From the NCBI GenBank assembly GCA_018221105.1, contig JAAOYA010000008.1, positions 128,648-192,647 of the forward strand: DNA of 64,000 nucleotides, in the 5' to 3' direction. Made by a program: the position numbers and the translations under genes. This DNA comes from Candidatus Woesearchaeota archaeon. Lineage in GTDB: Archaea > Nanobdellota > Nanobdellia > Woesearchaeales > JAAOYA01. The notes beneath the pieces are model-generated. The model saw only the letters and a program-made list of their open reading frames with translations, was not told the origin of the DNA and searched no databases. Positions within the stretch are counted from its first letter, which is position 1. Each line of letters begins with the position of its first letter. Positions 47,677 to 56,897 of this stretch are shown in pieces.

Positions 47677-50414
47677 TGTTTCAGTTCACCTGTTGTTTTT
47701 TCGCCTAGCAAAGCTGTTATTTCAGTTATTGAATTGATAATTTCTTCTTTGTTTTTTTCTGGTAGTTTTTGATAAACAAGATTTAATTTAGAGTAAGTTT
47801 TTTCTAATTCTGTTATTTGATTTTTGTTAGCTTGGGCCTTTGCAATAACAACTAGTTTTTTTGCATAAACAATATCTAATTGTGCGCAAAGTCCTCTAAT
47901 AGAATCGTACAATTCATTTTTTAGAACTCTCGGGTATTGTTCGTAGGTTAGTTTTATTTCACGATATATCAAACCGGCTTTTTGAGTGTCGTCTTGTTTT
48001 AGATAATCTAGAGCGTCATTTATTAGAACATTAACATAGCTTACTCTTTTGTCATGACCTATTAATAATGTTTTAAGTATTGCTAGCTTATCAAGAATAT
48101 CATGATTGTAAACTAGGTAAGCTATTGATGCAATTACTACTAATAGTATTAACACTAAAACTTTTTTATTTTGTGAACCATCAAATATTGCAAATCCTGT
48201 AATAGAATTTTTTGCTGGCTGCTCGGTTGTCAAAAGATATGTTTGTGATTTTTCAACGTCACTAGCGCTCAAAGCAGTTATAGTATAATATGTGATCGTT
48301 TTTTGATCTATTTCATACTCTACTAGATTATCATCTAAAATTTTGATTGGCTCATCTACAAATACAATGTTGGAGCGTGTTAGTTTTTCTGGTAAAAATT
48401 CCACTATTTTTGTTTTTTTAGGAGTGTTATTACCTACACTCAATTCTTTCGATATTATAGTTATTTCTTCAGTTAAACCATTCAAGTAAGTGATTCTTGC
48501 TTTGAAGTGCTTTTTTGTAGTGCTAAGTTTTGATTGTAATTTTTCATTTGCACTTAAAAGTTTTTTGAAAGCTTTTGAGCTAATATCAATAGATTTTTGG
48601 TTTAGATAATTTTGTAGTGTTGTCTCTAATTCTTTATCGCTCGGATACTTTACGTATTTATCATCACTGATAATTTGTAGGCGCAACACTGTGTACTTTG
48701 AAAGATTTTCAATTTTTTCTTCTACTTCGCGCAAATAATCTTGTTTTACTTCACTTGCAATATTACAGTATCGTCCTGGACACATCGGATTTTCAATGTT
48801 ATAAATATCACTGTTGTAAGTTCCTAACTGTCTTTTGGCAGCGTATAATTTTTGATCAATATTTAATAATTGTATTACTTGTCCGTCTTTGCCACTGACA
48901 GTTTTTGTTACTTCTATCGCATTATCTATTTGTTGATTATAGTCTTGAGTACTTATGCTTTGATAATTCTCTTCTCCAATAATTTTATAGTTTTCAGTAT
49001 TGCTAGTGGTTTTTTGATTGTTTACATCTGTGCATTCTATTTTGTAATAATAATTTCCTAGTTCTTGGTTTTGTAATGTAAATGTTAACTTGCTGTTTGT
49101 TGTGATGGTTTTTTGTTCAGCTTTACTAGACCACCAATTATTATCAGTACTTGTTAAAAGTTCACAATCAACTGTATGATCAGAAATTACTGAGTACTCT
49201 AATGATATTGTGTTAGTGTTTGATCGTGCATTAGTTGAGTGTAGTGTTAGTTGTGGCGCGCTATTGGTTGTTGGCTCTAATTTCACATTTATTGTTTTGT
49301 TTTTGTCAAGTGTTACGTCTACAAAAGAGTGTTTATATCCTGCGTTGTAAGCGTGTACTTCATAAGTTCCTTGTTCTAATATGAATTCTACTCTTCCTTG
49401 GTTAATAGCTGTTTTTGTTGTGTCATCGACTTCTACTTTTGCGTCTTCAACATAATGGTTTGTTGTGCTGTCTAACACATTGACTATTAGTTTGTACTTG
49501 TTAACAACTTTTATTGTGAAATCTTCAATCAATGTATTGTTTTCTGAGTCTGTGATTGTTAGCTTTACAGTCTCGCTTCCTAATTCATCAAAAGTGTGTG
49601 TTATTTCACTGCCAGTTTTTGAAACTCCATCAAGGTTCCACCTGTAATTAACAGTTCCTATTCCTCCGCTTGCTGTTGCTTTTAGTGTTGTTTCTTTTTT
49701 TCTTTGTACTTTTCTATCATAATCAATGTCTGCTGCTAGATTATTTGTTACTTCGAATGTTTTAGTGGTGCTTGTTGAGGCGCCACCATAAGTTATTTGT
49801 GCTACTAGAGTGTATGTTCCGACTTTTCTTATGTATGGCATTATTTCTGTTACAGGATATGTTTGGTTGAAATAGTTCCACTCGTAGTAAAAACTGTTTG
49901 GCGCTAGAATGCTGATTGTCATGTCAGCGCCGTTATTTGCTATTGCTGTAAAACTACCGCCATCACCTAAACTGTATGTTTGCTTGTTTGTTATGACTTC
50001 AAGTAGCAATGTGTCTGGCGTTGCACCATTGCAATCATCATCAACTCCATTATCAAGTATTTCGACAGTACCTGGGTGTACTGCAGGGTTGTTGTCATTG
50101 CAGTCCGCGCCGCCAGCTTGTAGTGCGTCATAACCGTCACCATCTACATCTGTTAAATCACCATTTTGACAGTCTTGGTCTATTGAGTCATAAGGTATTT
50201 CAGTAGCGGATGGGTTAATGCTTGCATCATTGTCATCGCAGTCTTCTGGTGGCGAGTAAGCGTCCCCGTCATTGTCAATTATTGTAGTATTGTTTGATGA
50301 ATTGTCTGCTAAAACTATTGTTGGATTAGTAGCTAGAATTGCTGTCAGAATTAACAATGTTAACAGTACTAAAAAGTTATTGCTTTCTTTTTTAGTTTTT
50401 TGACTATTCATCAT
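47673..50414 (-). CDS. Membrane-anchored surface protein with Asp/Cys-rich (MopE-like) repeats and a PKD domain
   Basis: DNDGDAY..DCDDNDASINP.ATEI.YD.IDQDC twice; YRWNLDG...THTF PKD; ITGFAIF then TM; helical cytoplasmic tail. Confidence 0.8.
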   Translation of the reverse strand: MMNSQKTKKESNNFLVLLTLLILTAILATNPTIVLADNSSNNTTIIDNDGDAYSPPEDCDDNDASINPSATEIPYDSIDQDCQNGDLTDVDGDGYDALQAGGADCNDNNPAVHPGTVEILDNGVDDDCNGATPDTLLLEVITNKQTYSLGDGGSFTAIANNGADMTISILAPNSFYYEWNYFNQTYPVTEIMPYIRKVGTYTLVAQITYGGASTSTTKTFEVTNNLAADIDYDRKVQRKKETTLKATASGGIGTVNYRWNLDGVSKTGSEITHTFDELGSETVKLTITDSENNTLIEDFTIKVVNKYKLIVNVLDSTTNHYVEDAKVEVDDTTKTAINQGRVEFILEQGTYEVHAYNAGYKHSFVDVTLDKNKTINVKLEPTTNSAPQLTLHSTNARSNTNTISLEYSVISDHTVDCELLTSTDNNWWSSKAEQKTITTNSKLTFTLQNQELGNYYYKIECTDVNNQKTTSNTENYKIIGEENYQSISTQDYNQQIDNAIEVTKTVSGKDGQVIQLLNIDQKLYAAKRQLGTYNSDIYNIENPMCPGRYCNIASEVKQDYLREVEEKIENLSKYTVLRLQIISDDKYVKYPSDKELETTLQNYLNQKSIDISSKAFKKLLSANEKLQSKLSTTKKHFKARITYLNGLTEEITIISKELSVGNNTPKKTKIVEFLPEKLTRSNIVFVDEPIKILDDNLVEYEIDQKTITYYTITALSASDVEKSQTYLLTTEQPAKNSITGFAIFDGSQNKKVLVLILLVVIASIAYLVYNHDILDKLAILKTLLIGHDKRVSYVNVLINDALDYLKQDDTQKAGLIYREIKLTYEQYPRVLKNELYDSIRGLCAQLDIVYAKKLVVIAKAQANKNQITELEKTYSKLNLVYQKLPEKNKEEIINSITEITALLGEKTTGELKQ

Positions 50415-50673
50415 TTAGTTCTCCAAGTAATTCTTTTAGGTTCAGTAGTAAGTCTCGTTGTTTTCGCATTTGTTCGTTTTTGACTTTTGATGTTAAATCA
50501 TGGCGTATTTGTTGCAACTCTGCAGCTATTGGTTCTTTTTGTTGTAAGTATTTTTTTCTTGAGATTGAGCGAAGTAATTCTGATAAGTCCATGTAATGAT
50601 TATTTTTTGCCAGTCTTTTAAGTTCTAGAACTAGTGAGGCGGGCACCCGTATGCTTACTATTTGATCTGTAAT
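50404..50673 (-). CDS. Ribbon-helix-helix regulator with coiled-coil tail; probable ATT start
   Basis: DQIVSIRVPASLVLELKRLA...DLSELLRSI; the RHH strand lies upstream of GTG 50646; GGTGA sits 7 nt before ATT 50673. Confidence 0.65.
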   Translation of the reverse strand: MTDQIVSIRVPASLVLELKRLAKNNHYMDLSELLRSISRKKYLQQKEPIAAELQQIRHDLTSKVKNEQMRKQRDLLLNLKELLGELNDE

Positions 50674-50685
50674 TTTTTGTTCACC

Positions 50686-50844
50686 TTAGGTTTTTTTGTG
50701 TTCTTGCCCCTCCACGTATTCTCTCGCAAACTCTCGTAATGCCTCTGATCTACTGGAATATTGATTTTTTTTAATTAGAGAATCTAACCAACTGACTATT
50801 TCTTTTGGCAGTCGTACGTTAATAACAGCTACTTCTTTTTTCAT
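50686..50844 (-). CDS. Ribbon-helix-helix (CopG/Arc/MetJ) regulator, 52 aa, absent from the ORF track
   Basis: Hand-translated: MKKEVAVINVRLPKEIVSWLDSLIKKNQYSSRSEALREFAREYVEGQEHKKT. Confidence 0.85.
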   Translation of the reverse strand: MKKEVAVINVRLPKEIVSWLDSLIKKNQYSSRSEALREFAREYVEGQEHKKT

Positions 50845-50871
50845 GGTACCAATATACAATTAGATATACTA

Positions 50872-50968
50872 TTGTATGACATTTGTGTGATATTATTCTT
50901 ATATAAAGGTTACTATTTTTAAATATGTATTTTAAATAACATATATTTGTAAGACAATTGTAAGACAA
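50872..50968 (-). promoter_or_regulatory. Promoter and putative RHH operator boxes of the large gene run
   Basis: Minus-strand TTTATATAA at 50907-50899; TTGTAAGACAA twice in tandem (50947-50968); variant TTGTATGACAT at 50872-50882. Confidence 0.55.
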
Positions 50969-51082
50969 ATGATATATATGTTTTGTTTTTTCGTTAAAGA
51001 AAACTTTTTATAATACATAAGGACATAATATTAATCATGAAAAGTTGGCTAACAGGTGACTTAGACGCAAACGCGGCACTGT

Positions 51083-51225
51083 AATTCTTTCATCGACCTA
51101 ATTTTAACAACTAAAAAAAACATAATCTATGGTGAAAAAATTGGATAAGACTAAGTTATACACTTGACGGTGAAAAAATAGAAGAATGGCTAAAAAGAAT
51201 AAAAAAGTATATCAATAACAACTAA
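51083..51225 (+). pseudogene. Possible frameshifted C-terminal remnant of a PLP-dependent aminotransferase
   Basis: YGEK, then in a shifted frame NWIRLSYTLDGEKIEEWLKRIKKYI-stop; resembles the class I aminotransferase C-terminus; no start codon. Confidence 0.3.
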
Positions 51226-51239
51226 AAACAATTACTAAA

Positions 51240-53783
51240 ATGAGAACAGACAAGCAAATAAAAGCGGAATTTAAAAAAGAAGCTTCAAAAAATCCGCAAA
51301 AGTATTACGCAGTTAGCACACTAAAAAAATATGGTTTTGAAAGGAAAAAATGCGATTGCGGAATCTATTTTTGGACTACTAACAAAAACCAGAAAGTCTG
51401 TGGCGATTCAGCATGTAGTGGAGGCTTTCAATTCTTTGAAAATAATCCTGTAAAAAAAAGCATGAGCTTTATACAAGTATGGATTGAATTTGCAAAAATG
51501 TTCAAAAAATTAGGTTATACTCCGATAAAACGCTATCCTCTAGTCGCTCGCTGGCGCGATGATATGGAATTTACCATCGCTTCAATTGCAGCATTTCAAC
51601 CATATATAGTATCAGGCGAGGTTGAACCACCAGCAAATCCTTTAGTAATTCCACAATTCTGCTTACGCTTTGGCGATATAGACAATGTTGGAATCACAGG
51701 CAGCCACATGACATGTTTCAATATGATAGGACAACACATGTTCGTGCCGCCAAAAGATTGGAATCAAGAACGCGTTTTTGAAGATATTAAAAAATGGTTA
51801 AACGATGGTCTTGGACTGCCCGATAATGAAATAACATTTCACGAAGACGCCTGGGCAGGAGGCGGCAACTTCGGACCATGCATGGAATACTTTTCTCGAG
51901 GAGTGGAACTTGGAAACCAAGTTTATATGTTATTTGAAGAAACACCAAACGGTCCAAAAGACTTATCACTAAAAGTTTTGGATATGGGGATGGGAATGGA
52001 GCGCAACGCTTGGTTTAGTCAAGCAACACCAACAATTTATGATGCTACATTTCCACAAGTAATGAAAAAATTACGTGAACGAGTAAAAATAAAAGTTGAT
52101 GAACAACTATTAAAAAAGTATGTTCCACTAGCAGGCTACTTAAATATTGACGAAGTTGATGACATAACAAAAGCATGGAGTGCTGTCGCCAAAAAAGTTG
52201 GTGTTAGTGTTGACACTTTAAAACAAGTAGTTCAACCAAATGCAGCTCTTTTTAGTATCGCAGAGCACGCAAGAGGGTTACTTATCGCCCTAAGTGATGG
52301 TGCACTACCATCAAACACTGGAGGAGGTTATAATTTAAGAGTTCTTGCTCGTAGAGCTTTTAGTTTTATTGATAAATACGGTTGGAACATTGACCTTGCA
52401 GAGGTTTGCAAGTGGCACGCTGACGAACTAAAAGAAGTATTTAGTGAGCTTAGTGAAAATCTGGAGCAAGTCAAAACCATTATTGATGTTGAGCGCAAAA
52501 AGTATGAGCAGACTAAAGAGCGAGGATCACAGCTAGTAGCTCAAATGATTAAAAAAGAAAATATAACAGATCAAATGCTTTTGACGGCTTATGATTCTAG
52601 CGGCGTCACGCCAGATATTGTAAAAGAACAAGCATTAAGAGTAGGAGTTGAAGTGACAGTACCTGATGATTTTTATGCGAAAGTCAGTGCAATGCATGAA
52701 CAAAAAGAGCAGGCTGTAAAAACTGGCGTTGTAGAGCAAATAGTTTTGCCAAAAGATTTGCCAGAAACATCAGCATTATACTATGATGATTACACAAGTG
52801 TTGAATTTACAGGCAAAGTTTTGCACTCAAAAGATAATTATATTGTTTTAGATCGAACAAGTTTTTATCCTACAAGTGGTGGACAATTACACGATATTGG
52901 AACGCTTGGAGGTGTAGAAGTTGTTAATGTCATAAAACAAGGCCCTATAATAATCCACCAAGTAAAAGACGATAAAAAATTAAAATTCAAAAAAGGCGAT
53001 AAAATTAAAGGACTGGTAGATATTAATTGGCGCAAACAACTAGCACAACATCACACTAGCACTCACATCGTTAACGCTGCAGCACGCAAAGTACTGGGCA
53101 ATCACGTTTACCAAGCAGGAGCTAAAAAAACTGAACAAAAAGCACACTTAGACATCACGCATTTTGAAAGCTTGCCAGATGAAGTACTTAAAAAAATTGA
53201 AGTTGAAGCAAACATTATAGTTAATACCAATATTAAAGTAAAAAGCTTTTTTATGGCTCGAAGTGACGCTGAAAAAAAGTATGGAATGAAAATTTATCAA
53301 GGCGGCGCAGTGCCTGGCAAAATAATACGAATAATAGACATTGAAGGTGTTGACATTGAAGCCTGTGGAGGAACACATCTTAAAAAAACTGGTGAATCTG
53401 GAAAAATCACTATTTTAAAATCATCAAAAATTTCAGATTCGATCGTACGAATTGAATTTAGCGCTGGAGGTGCAGCAATAGCTTTCGAGAAAAGCAAAGG
53501 TGATGTGTTGCATGGCGCAGCAGAAATTTTAGGTGTTAGTGAGAGTCAAGTGCCAATTCGCGCTGGCGAATTGTTCGAAAAGTGGAAAAAAGCACGCAAA
53601 GCACTAAAAAGAAAACAAAGCATTACTCTTGAAGAATTAGACTTGACAACTACTGAAGAATTTGTTGGTGACGCATTAGTAGAAACAGCCAATATTTTAA
53701 AAACACAACCAGAACACGTCCCAAAAACAATTGAACGTTTCTTAAAAGATTTAGAAGAGTTTAAAACAAAATTAAAAAAATAA
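51240..53783 (+). CDS. alaS: Alanine--tRNA ligase, archaeal type
   Basis: RYPLVARWRDD, ASIAAFQP, QFCLRFGDIDNVG, DMGMGMER, editing motifs HHTSTH and ACGGTH. Confidence 0.97.
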   Translation: MRTDKQIKAEFKKEASKNPQKYYAVSTLKKYGFERKKCDCGIYFWTTNKNQKVCGDSACSGGFQFFENNPVKKSMSFIQVWIEFAKMFKKLGYTPIKRYPLVARWRDDMEFTIASIAAFQPYIVSGEVEPPANPLVIPQFCLRFGDIDNVGITGSHMTCFNMIGQHMFVPPKDWNQERVFEDIKKWLNDGLGLPDNEITFHEDAWAGGGNFGPCMEYFSRGVELGNQVYMLFEETPNGPKDLSLKVLDMGMGMERNAWFSQATPTIYDATFPQVMKKLRERVKIKVDEQLLKKYVPLAGYLNIDEVDDITKAWSAVAKKVGVSVDTLKQVVQPNAALFSIAEHARGLLIALSDGALPSNTGGGYNLRVLARRAFSFIDKYGWNIDLAEVCKWHADELKEVFSELSENLEQVKTIIDVERKKYEQTKERGSQLVAQMIKKENITDQMLLTAYDSSGVTPDIVKEQALRVGVEVTVPDDFYAKVSAMHEQKEQAVKTGVVEQIVLPKDLPETSALYYDDYTSVEFTGKVLHSKDNYIVLDRTSFYPTSGGQLHDIGTLGGVEVVNVIKQGPIIIHQVKDDKKLKFKKGDKIKGLVDINWRKQLAQHHTSTHIVNAAARKVLGNHVYQAGAKKTEQKAHLDITHFESLPDEVLKKIEVEANIIVNTNIKVKSFFMARSDAEKKYGMKIYQGGAVPGKIIRIIDIEGVDIEACGGTHLKKTGESGKITILKSSKISDSIVRIEFSAGGAAIAFEKSKGDVLHGAAEILGVSESQVPIRAGELFEKWKKARKALKRKQSITLEELDLTTTEEFVGDALVETANILKTQPEHVPKTIERFLKDLEEFKTKLKK

Positions 53784-53796
53784 AATTTTAAAGTTT

Positions 53797-53991
53797 TTAG
53801 TTTTCTGCTATAAGCTCAAACATGTGCTCTCTGATAGCTTCTGTTGGCGTCATTCGGTGTTTTTTGCACCAACGGAAAAAATCTTTTTTGAACTTTGTTG
53901 AACATTTAACACTAATATTAGTGTCCATCACGTCAAACTTATACTTGTCCTTTACAAACTTAACAGTGCCTTTTTTTGGCTTTTTTACCAT
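53797..53991 (-). CDS. Small ribbon-helix-helix-like protein
   Basis: ATG 53991 behind GAGGTGG; DTNISVKCSTKFKKDFFRWCKKHRMTPTEAIREHM. Confidence 0.6.
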   Translation of the reverse strand: MVKKPKKGTVKFVKDKYKFDVMDTNISVKCSTKFKKDFFRWCKKHRMTPTEAIREHMFELIAEN

Positions 53992-54106
53992 TTTAGAACC
54001 ACCTCTTAGTATGACAAAAGTCATGTTTTTATTATATATAAAATTGTAGCATAACAAAAAAGTATATAAAATACCGAAACAATAATATTAAAAAAGAGGT
54101 TTAAAT

Positions 54107-54901
54107 ATGCAAAACAAAGGTTTTCTAGTAAAAGTGTTATTAATAACGTTCATTATTCTCACCGTACTAGCTTACTCTACTAACGTGTTCTCTGAAAAAA
54201 ATTCTTATGTATTGCAAAATATTGTGTTTTTAACCGCTGCAGGTTTTGCAACATTTATGGGCTTTTTGGCAGTCAAAAAAAATAATGTTAAAACTAATAG
54301 AGGAAAAGCAATACTATTTATCACATTAGGTGTTGGCATGTGGTTTTTAGGAGAACTATCATGGGTAATATTAGAAATCTCAGGTATTGATGCTTTTCCT
54401 TCAATAGCAGACTTTTTTTACTTGATAGCATATCCTTTCTTTTTCGTGGGCGTACTTAAAGAATTTAAAGTTGAAAAAGTTCATTTGAAAACAAAAAAAT
54501 TCTTTTTCACTGTATTAGCCATGGTAGGATTAACAGCTTTAACAGCATACTTTACAATTTATACTAATTATGATATTACAATTCCACTTATTGAAAATAT
54601 TATAAGCTTATCATATGGTGTTGGCGACATAATATTATTAGTTATTGCAGCCATATTAATCATCAATTATAAAGGAGAATTATTCTCTGACCCGTGGGTT
54701 GTTTTTGCGACTGCAATGTTCTTGTCTTGGCTTGGAGATATTGAATATGCGATTTATTATGAGCCTTATGAAGCAGGTATTCACTTGTTTCGACAAATGG
54801 ATTATTTTTGGATAATCTCATACTTGTTAATATCATACTTTTTCTATGAACTATTAAAAAAAAATCTTCAAAAGCAGCCTCAAATTGTTAAAAATTATTA
54901 A
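54107..54901 (+). CDS. Polytopic membrane protein resembling a stand-alone membrane sensor domain
   Basis: About 8 TMs; WFLGELSW...FPSIADFFYLIAYP motif. Confidence 0.7.
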   Translation: MQNKGFLVKVLLITFIILTVLAYSTNVFSEKNSYVLQNIVFLTAAGFATFMGFLAVKKNNVKTNRGKAILFITLGVGMWFLGELSWVILEISGIDAFPSIADFFYLIAYPFFFVGVLKEFKVEKVHLKTKKFFFTVLAMVGLTALTAYFTIYTNYDITIPLIENIISLSYGVGDIILLVIAAILIINYKGELFSDPWVVFATAMFLSWLGDIEYAIYYEPYEAGIHLFRQMDYFWIISYLLISYFFYELLKKNLQKQPQIVKNY

Positions 54902-55625
54902 GGTTTGTCTGACTCTTATCATACTTTTCTAAAAATCTTGGCGGTTTAACTTCAATCCACTTAAAACCCCAATCTTCAAGCATTTTTTTTGCATTAGCAG
55001 TTATTTTAGGACAAGCCAGGATTCCCTTAACTTTTTTTGTCCCTTTTGCAGCTTGCAATTTTTCTACATAACGACGAAGTTGTGTAACATCTTTCAATCC
55101 TCCAATGTAGCGTTTACACTCTACAACTATAAGATTTCCTTTACCGTCATGACCTAAAACATCAATAAACCCGTACTCTGTTTGTTCTTCTCGCGATACT
55201 GCCCTAAAATTATCACCTAAAAGTTTTGGCGTTGAGTATAACATATCACTCATATCTTTTTCACTACCTTCAAGAACAAGCTTTTGACCGTCTTCAAGTT
55301 TTTGTGATTGAAAAGCATGAATTTTATAAATGTGAATTTGCATAAAGTCTTTGTGGTTAAGATTTTGAACTTTCAAATGTAATGAATCTTTTTTTAGCGT
55401 CGTCTTAACACTGCTACCAGCTTTCATATAATTTACCGGAACATGACCTTCTGGACGGTGCACTTGCACAGTATTATCAGCTTTTATTACTATAAGCCTA
55501 TCACCTTGTGGCAGCATTGCTTCAGCACGACCAGAATAAACTACTTTGCAATTGCAAAAAAATGTTATTACTTCATTTTGCGAAATTGCGCTATCAAGGT
55601 TTTTTTGAAATTCAGCAAACTCCAT
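54888..55625 (-). CDS. nucS: Endonuclease NucS/EndoMS
   Basis: YSGRA, GDRLIVIKAD, PVNYM, EKDM, G.IDVLG.D...VVECKR, QLRRY; C-terminal QTNLNNF PIP-like motif. Confidence 0.92.
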   Translation of the reverse strand: MEFAEFQKNLDSAISQNEVITFFCNCKVVYSGRAEAMLPQGDRLIVIKADNTVQVHRPEGHVPVNYMKAGSSVKTTLKKDSLHLKVQNLNHKDFMQIHIYKIHAFQSQKLEDGQKLVLEGSEKDMSDMLYSTPKLLGDNFRAVSREEQTEYGFIDVLGHDGKGNLIVVECKRYIGGLKDVTQLRRYVEKLQAAKGTKKVKGILACPKITANAKKMLEDWGFKWIEVKPPRFLEKYDKSQTNLNNF

Positions 55626-55709
55626 TCAAACAAATTATAAAAGATTATTAATAAGAATTTTGGTATGTTTTAAAAAAGTTTATAAAGCTTTTACACTAAA
55701 CAAATAGTA

Positions 55710-56858
55710 ATGGAAATAGAGGGGAACAAGCTTATCTATATCTTAGGCTCTAGAATTTTTATCTTTTTGATAGTTTTAACAATCATTTTTGGCTCAGTGA
55801 ATCTTTTTTTTGATATGTTTTACTTATCAATGCAATTGAGTACTTTTTGGAATTATTTTCTACAAACAACCATAACAATACTTTTCGGTGTTGTAATACT
55901 AATACCTTTTTTGAGTCTTACAGTAAGAAAAAATATTTTGATTCCAATAAAAAAGATTGAACGAAATATTAATCAGGTTAGTAGTGGTAACTTAAACAAT
56001 GAACTAATGATCAAAAGCAATCAAGAGTTCGCAAACCTAGCTGATGATTTTAACAAGATGACATATTATTTGAAAGCCAATATTGATCAAAGAATGCAGT
56101 ATGCATTACAGTTAGAAAAAGCTAATAAGGAATTACGCCAAGCCAATGAAGAATTAAAACAACTAGATCAACTAAAATCGGATTTTATCGCAAATGTTTC
56201 TCACGAGCTTAGAACACCCCTAATTTCTATTGAAGGGTATGTTGAATATATTAACATGGGAAAATTAGGCAAAATCAATGACAAACAAAAAAAAGCACTA
56301 GCAACATCACTTGATAGTATCACACGATTAAAAAAACTCATTAACAGACTGTTACTATTCTCTAAAATGGACGCTAAACAAGAATTAGTAAACATTGGCG
56401 AAATCGATGTTAACAAATTAATGACCGAGATTATTAAAGAAGAAGCTCCAATATTTATGCAAAACAAGCCAGATGTTAGGTTATCATCAAAAATCGAAAA
56501 AGGATTGCCAAAAGTTTTAGGAGATTATGACAAAATAAAACAAGTACTTATCAATCTAATAGATAATGCTTTCAAATTCACTCACGAGGGTAGCATAACA
56601 GTTATTGCAAAAAAAGTTGCTGGGGGAGTAGAATTTGCAGTCCAAGATACTGGAATTGGAATACCAAAAGAAAAAATCGATCATATATTCAAACGTTTCG
56701 AGCAAGTTGACAGCACTTCAAAAAGAAAGTTTGGAGGCGTGGGATTAGGACTTGCAATTGTACGACAAATAGTTGAAATGCATGAAGCAGTAATAAAATG
56801 TACTAGTGGCGAGGGTAAAGGCACAACATTCAAATTCGTTTTAAAAACGAAAAATTAA
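55710..56858 (+). CDS. HAMP-domain sensor histidine kinase
   Basis: Two TMs, HAMP, SHELRTPL, NLIDNAFKFT, DTGIGI, GGVGLGL. Confidence 0.92.
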   Translation: MEIEGNKLIYILGSRIFIFLIVLTIIFGSVNLFFDMFYLSMQLSTFWNYFLQTTITILFGVVILIPFLSLTVRKNILIPIKKIERNINQVSSGNLNNELMIKSNQEFANLADDFNKMTYYLKANIDQRMQYALQLEKANKELRQANEELKQLDQLKSDFIANVSHELRTPLISIEGYVEYINMGKLGKINDKQKKALATSLDSITRLKKLINRLLLFSKMDAKQELVNIGEIDVNKLMTEIIKEEAPIFMQNKPDVRLSSKIEKGLPKVLGDYDKIKQVLINLIDNAFKFTHEGSITVIAKKVAGGVEFAVQDTGIGIPKEKIDHIFKRFEQVDSTSKRKFGGVGLGLAIVRQIVEMHEAVIKCTSGEGKGTTFKFVLKTKN

Positions 56859-56897
56859 TAAGCAAGACAAGCAATAAAGTCAAGAAGAGGTGAATAA

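Noticed and set aside
50947..50968. CRISPR or mini-array
   Set aside because: Only two 11-bp units with no spacers and no cas genes.
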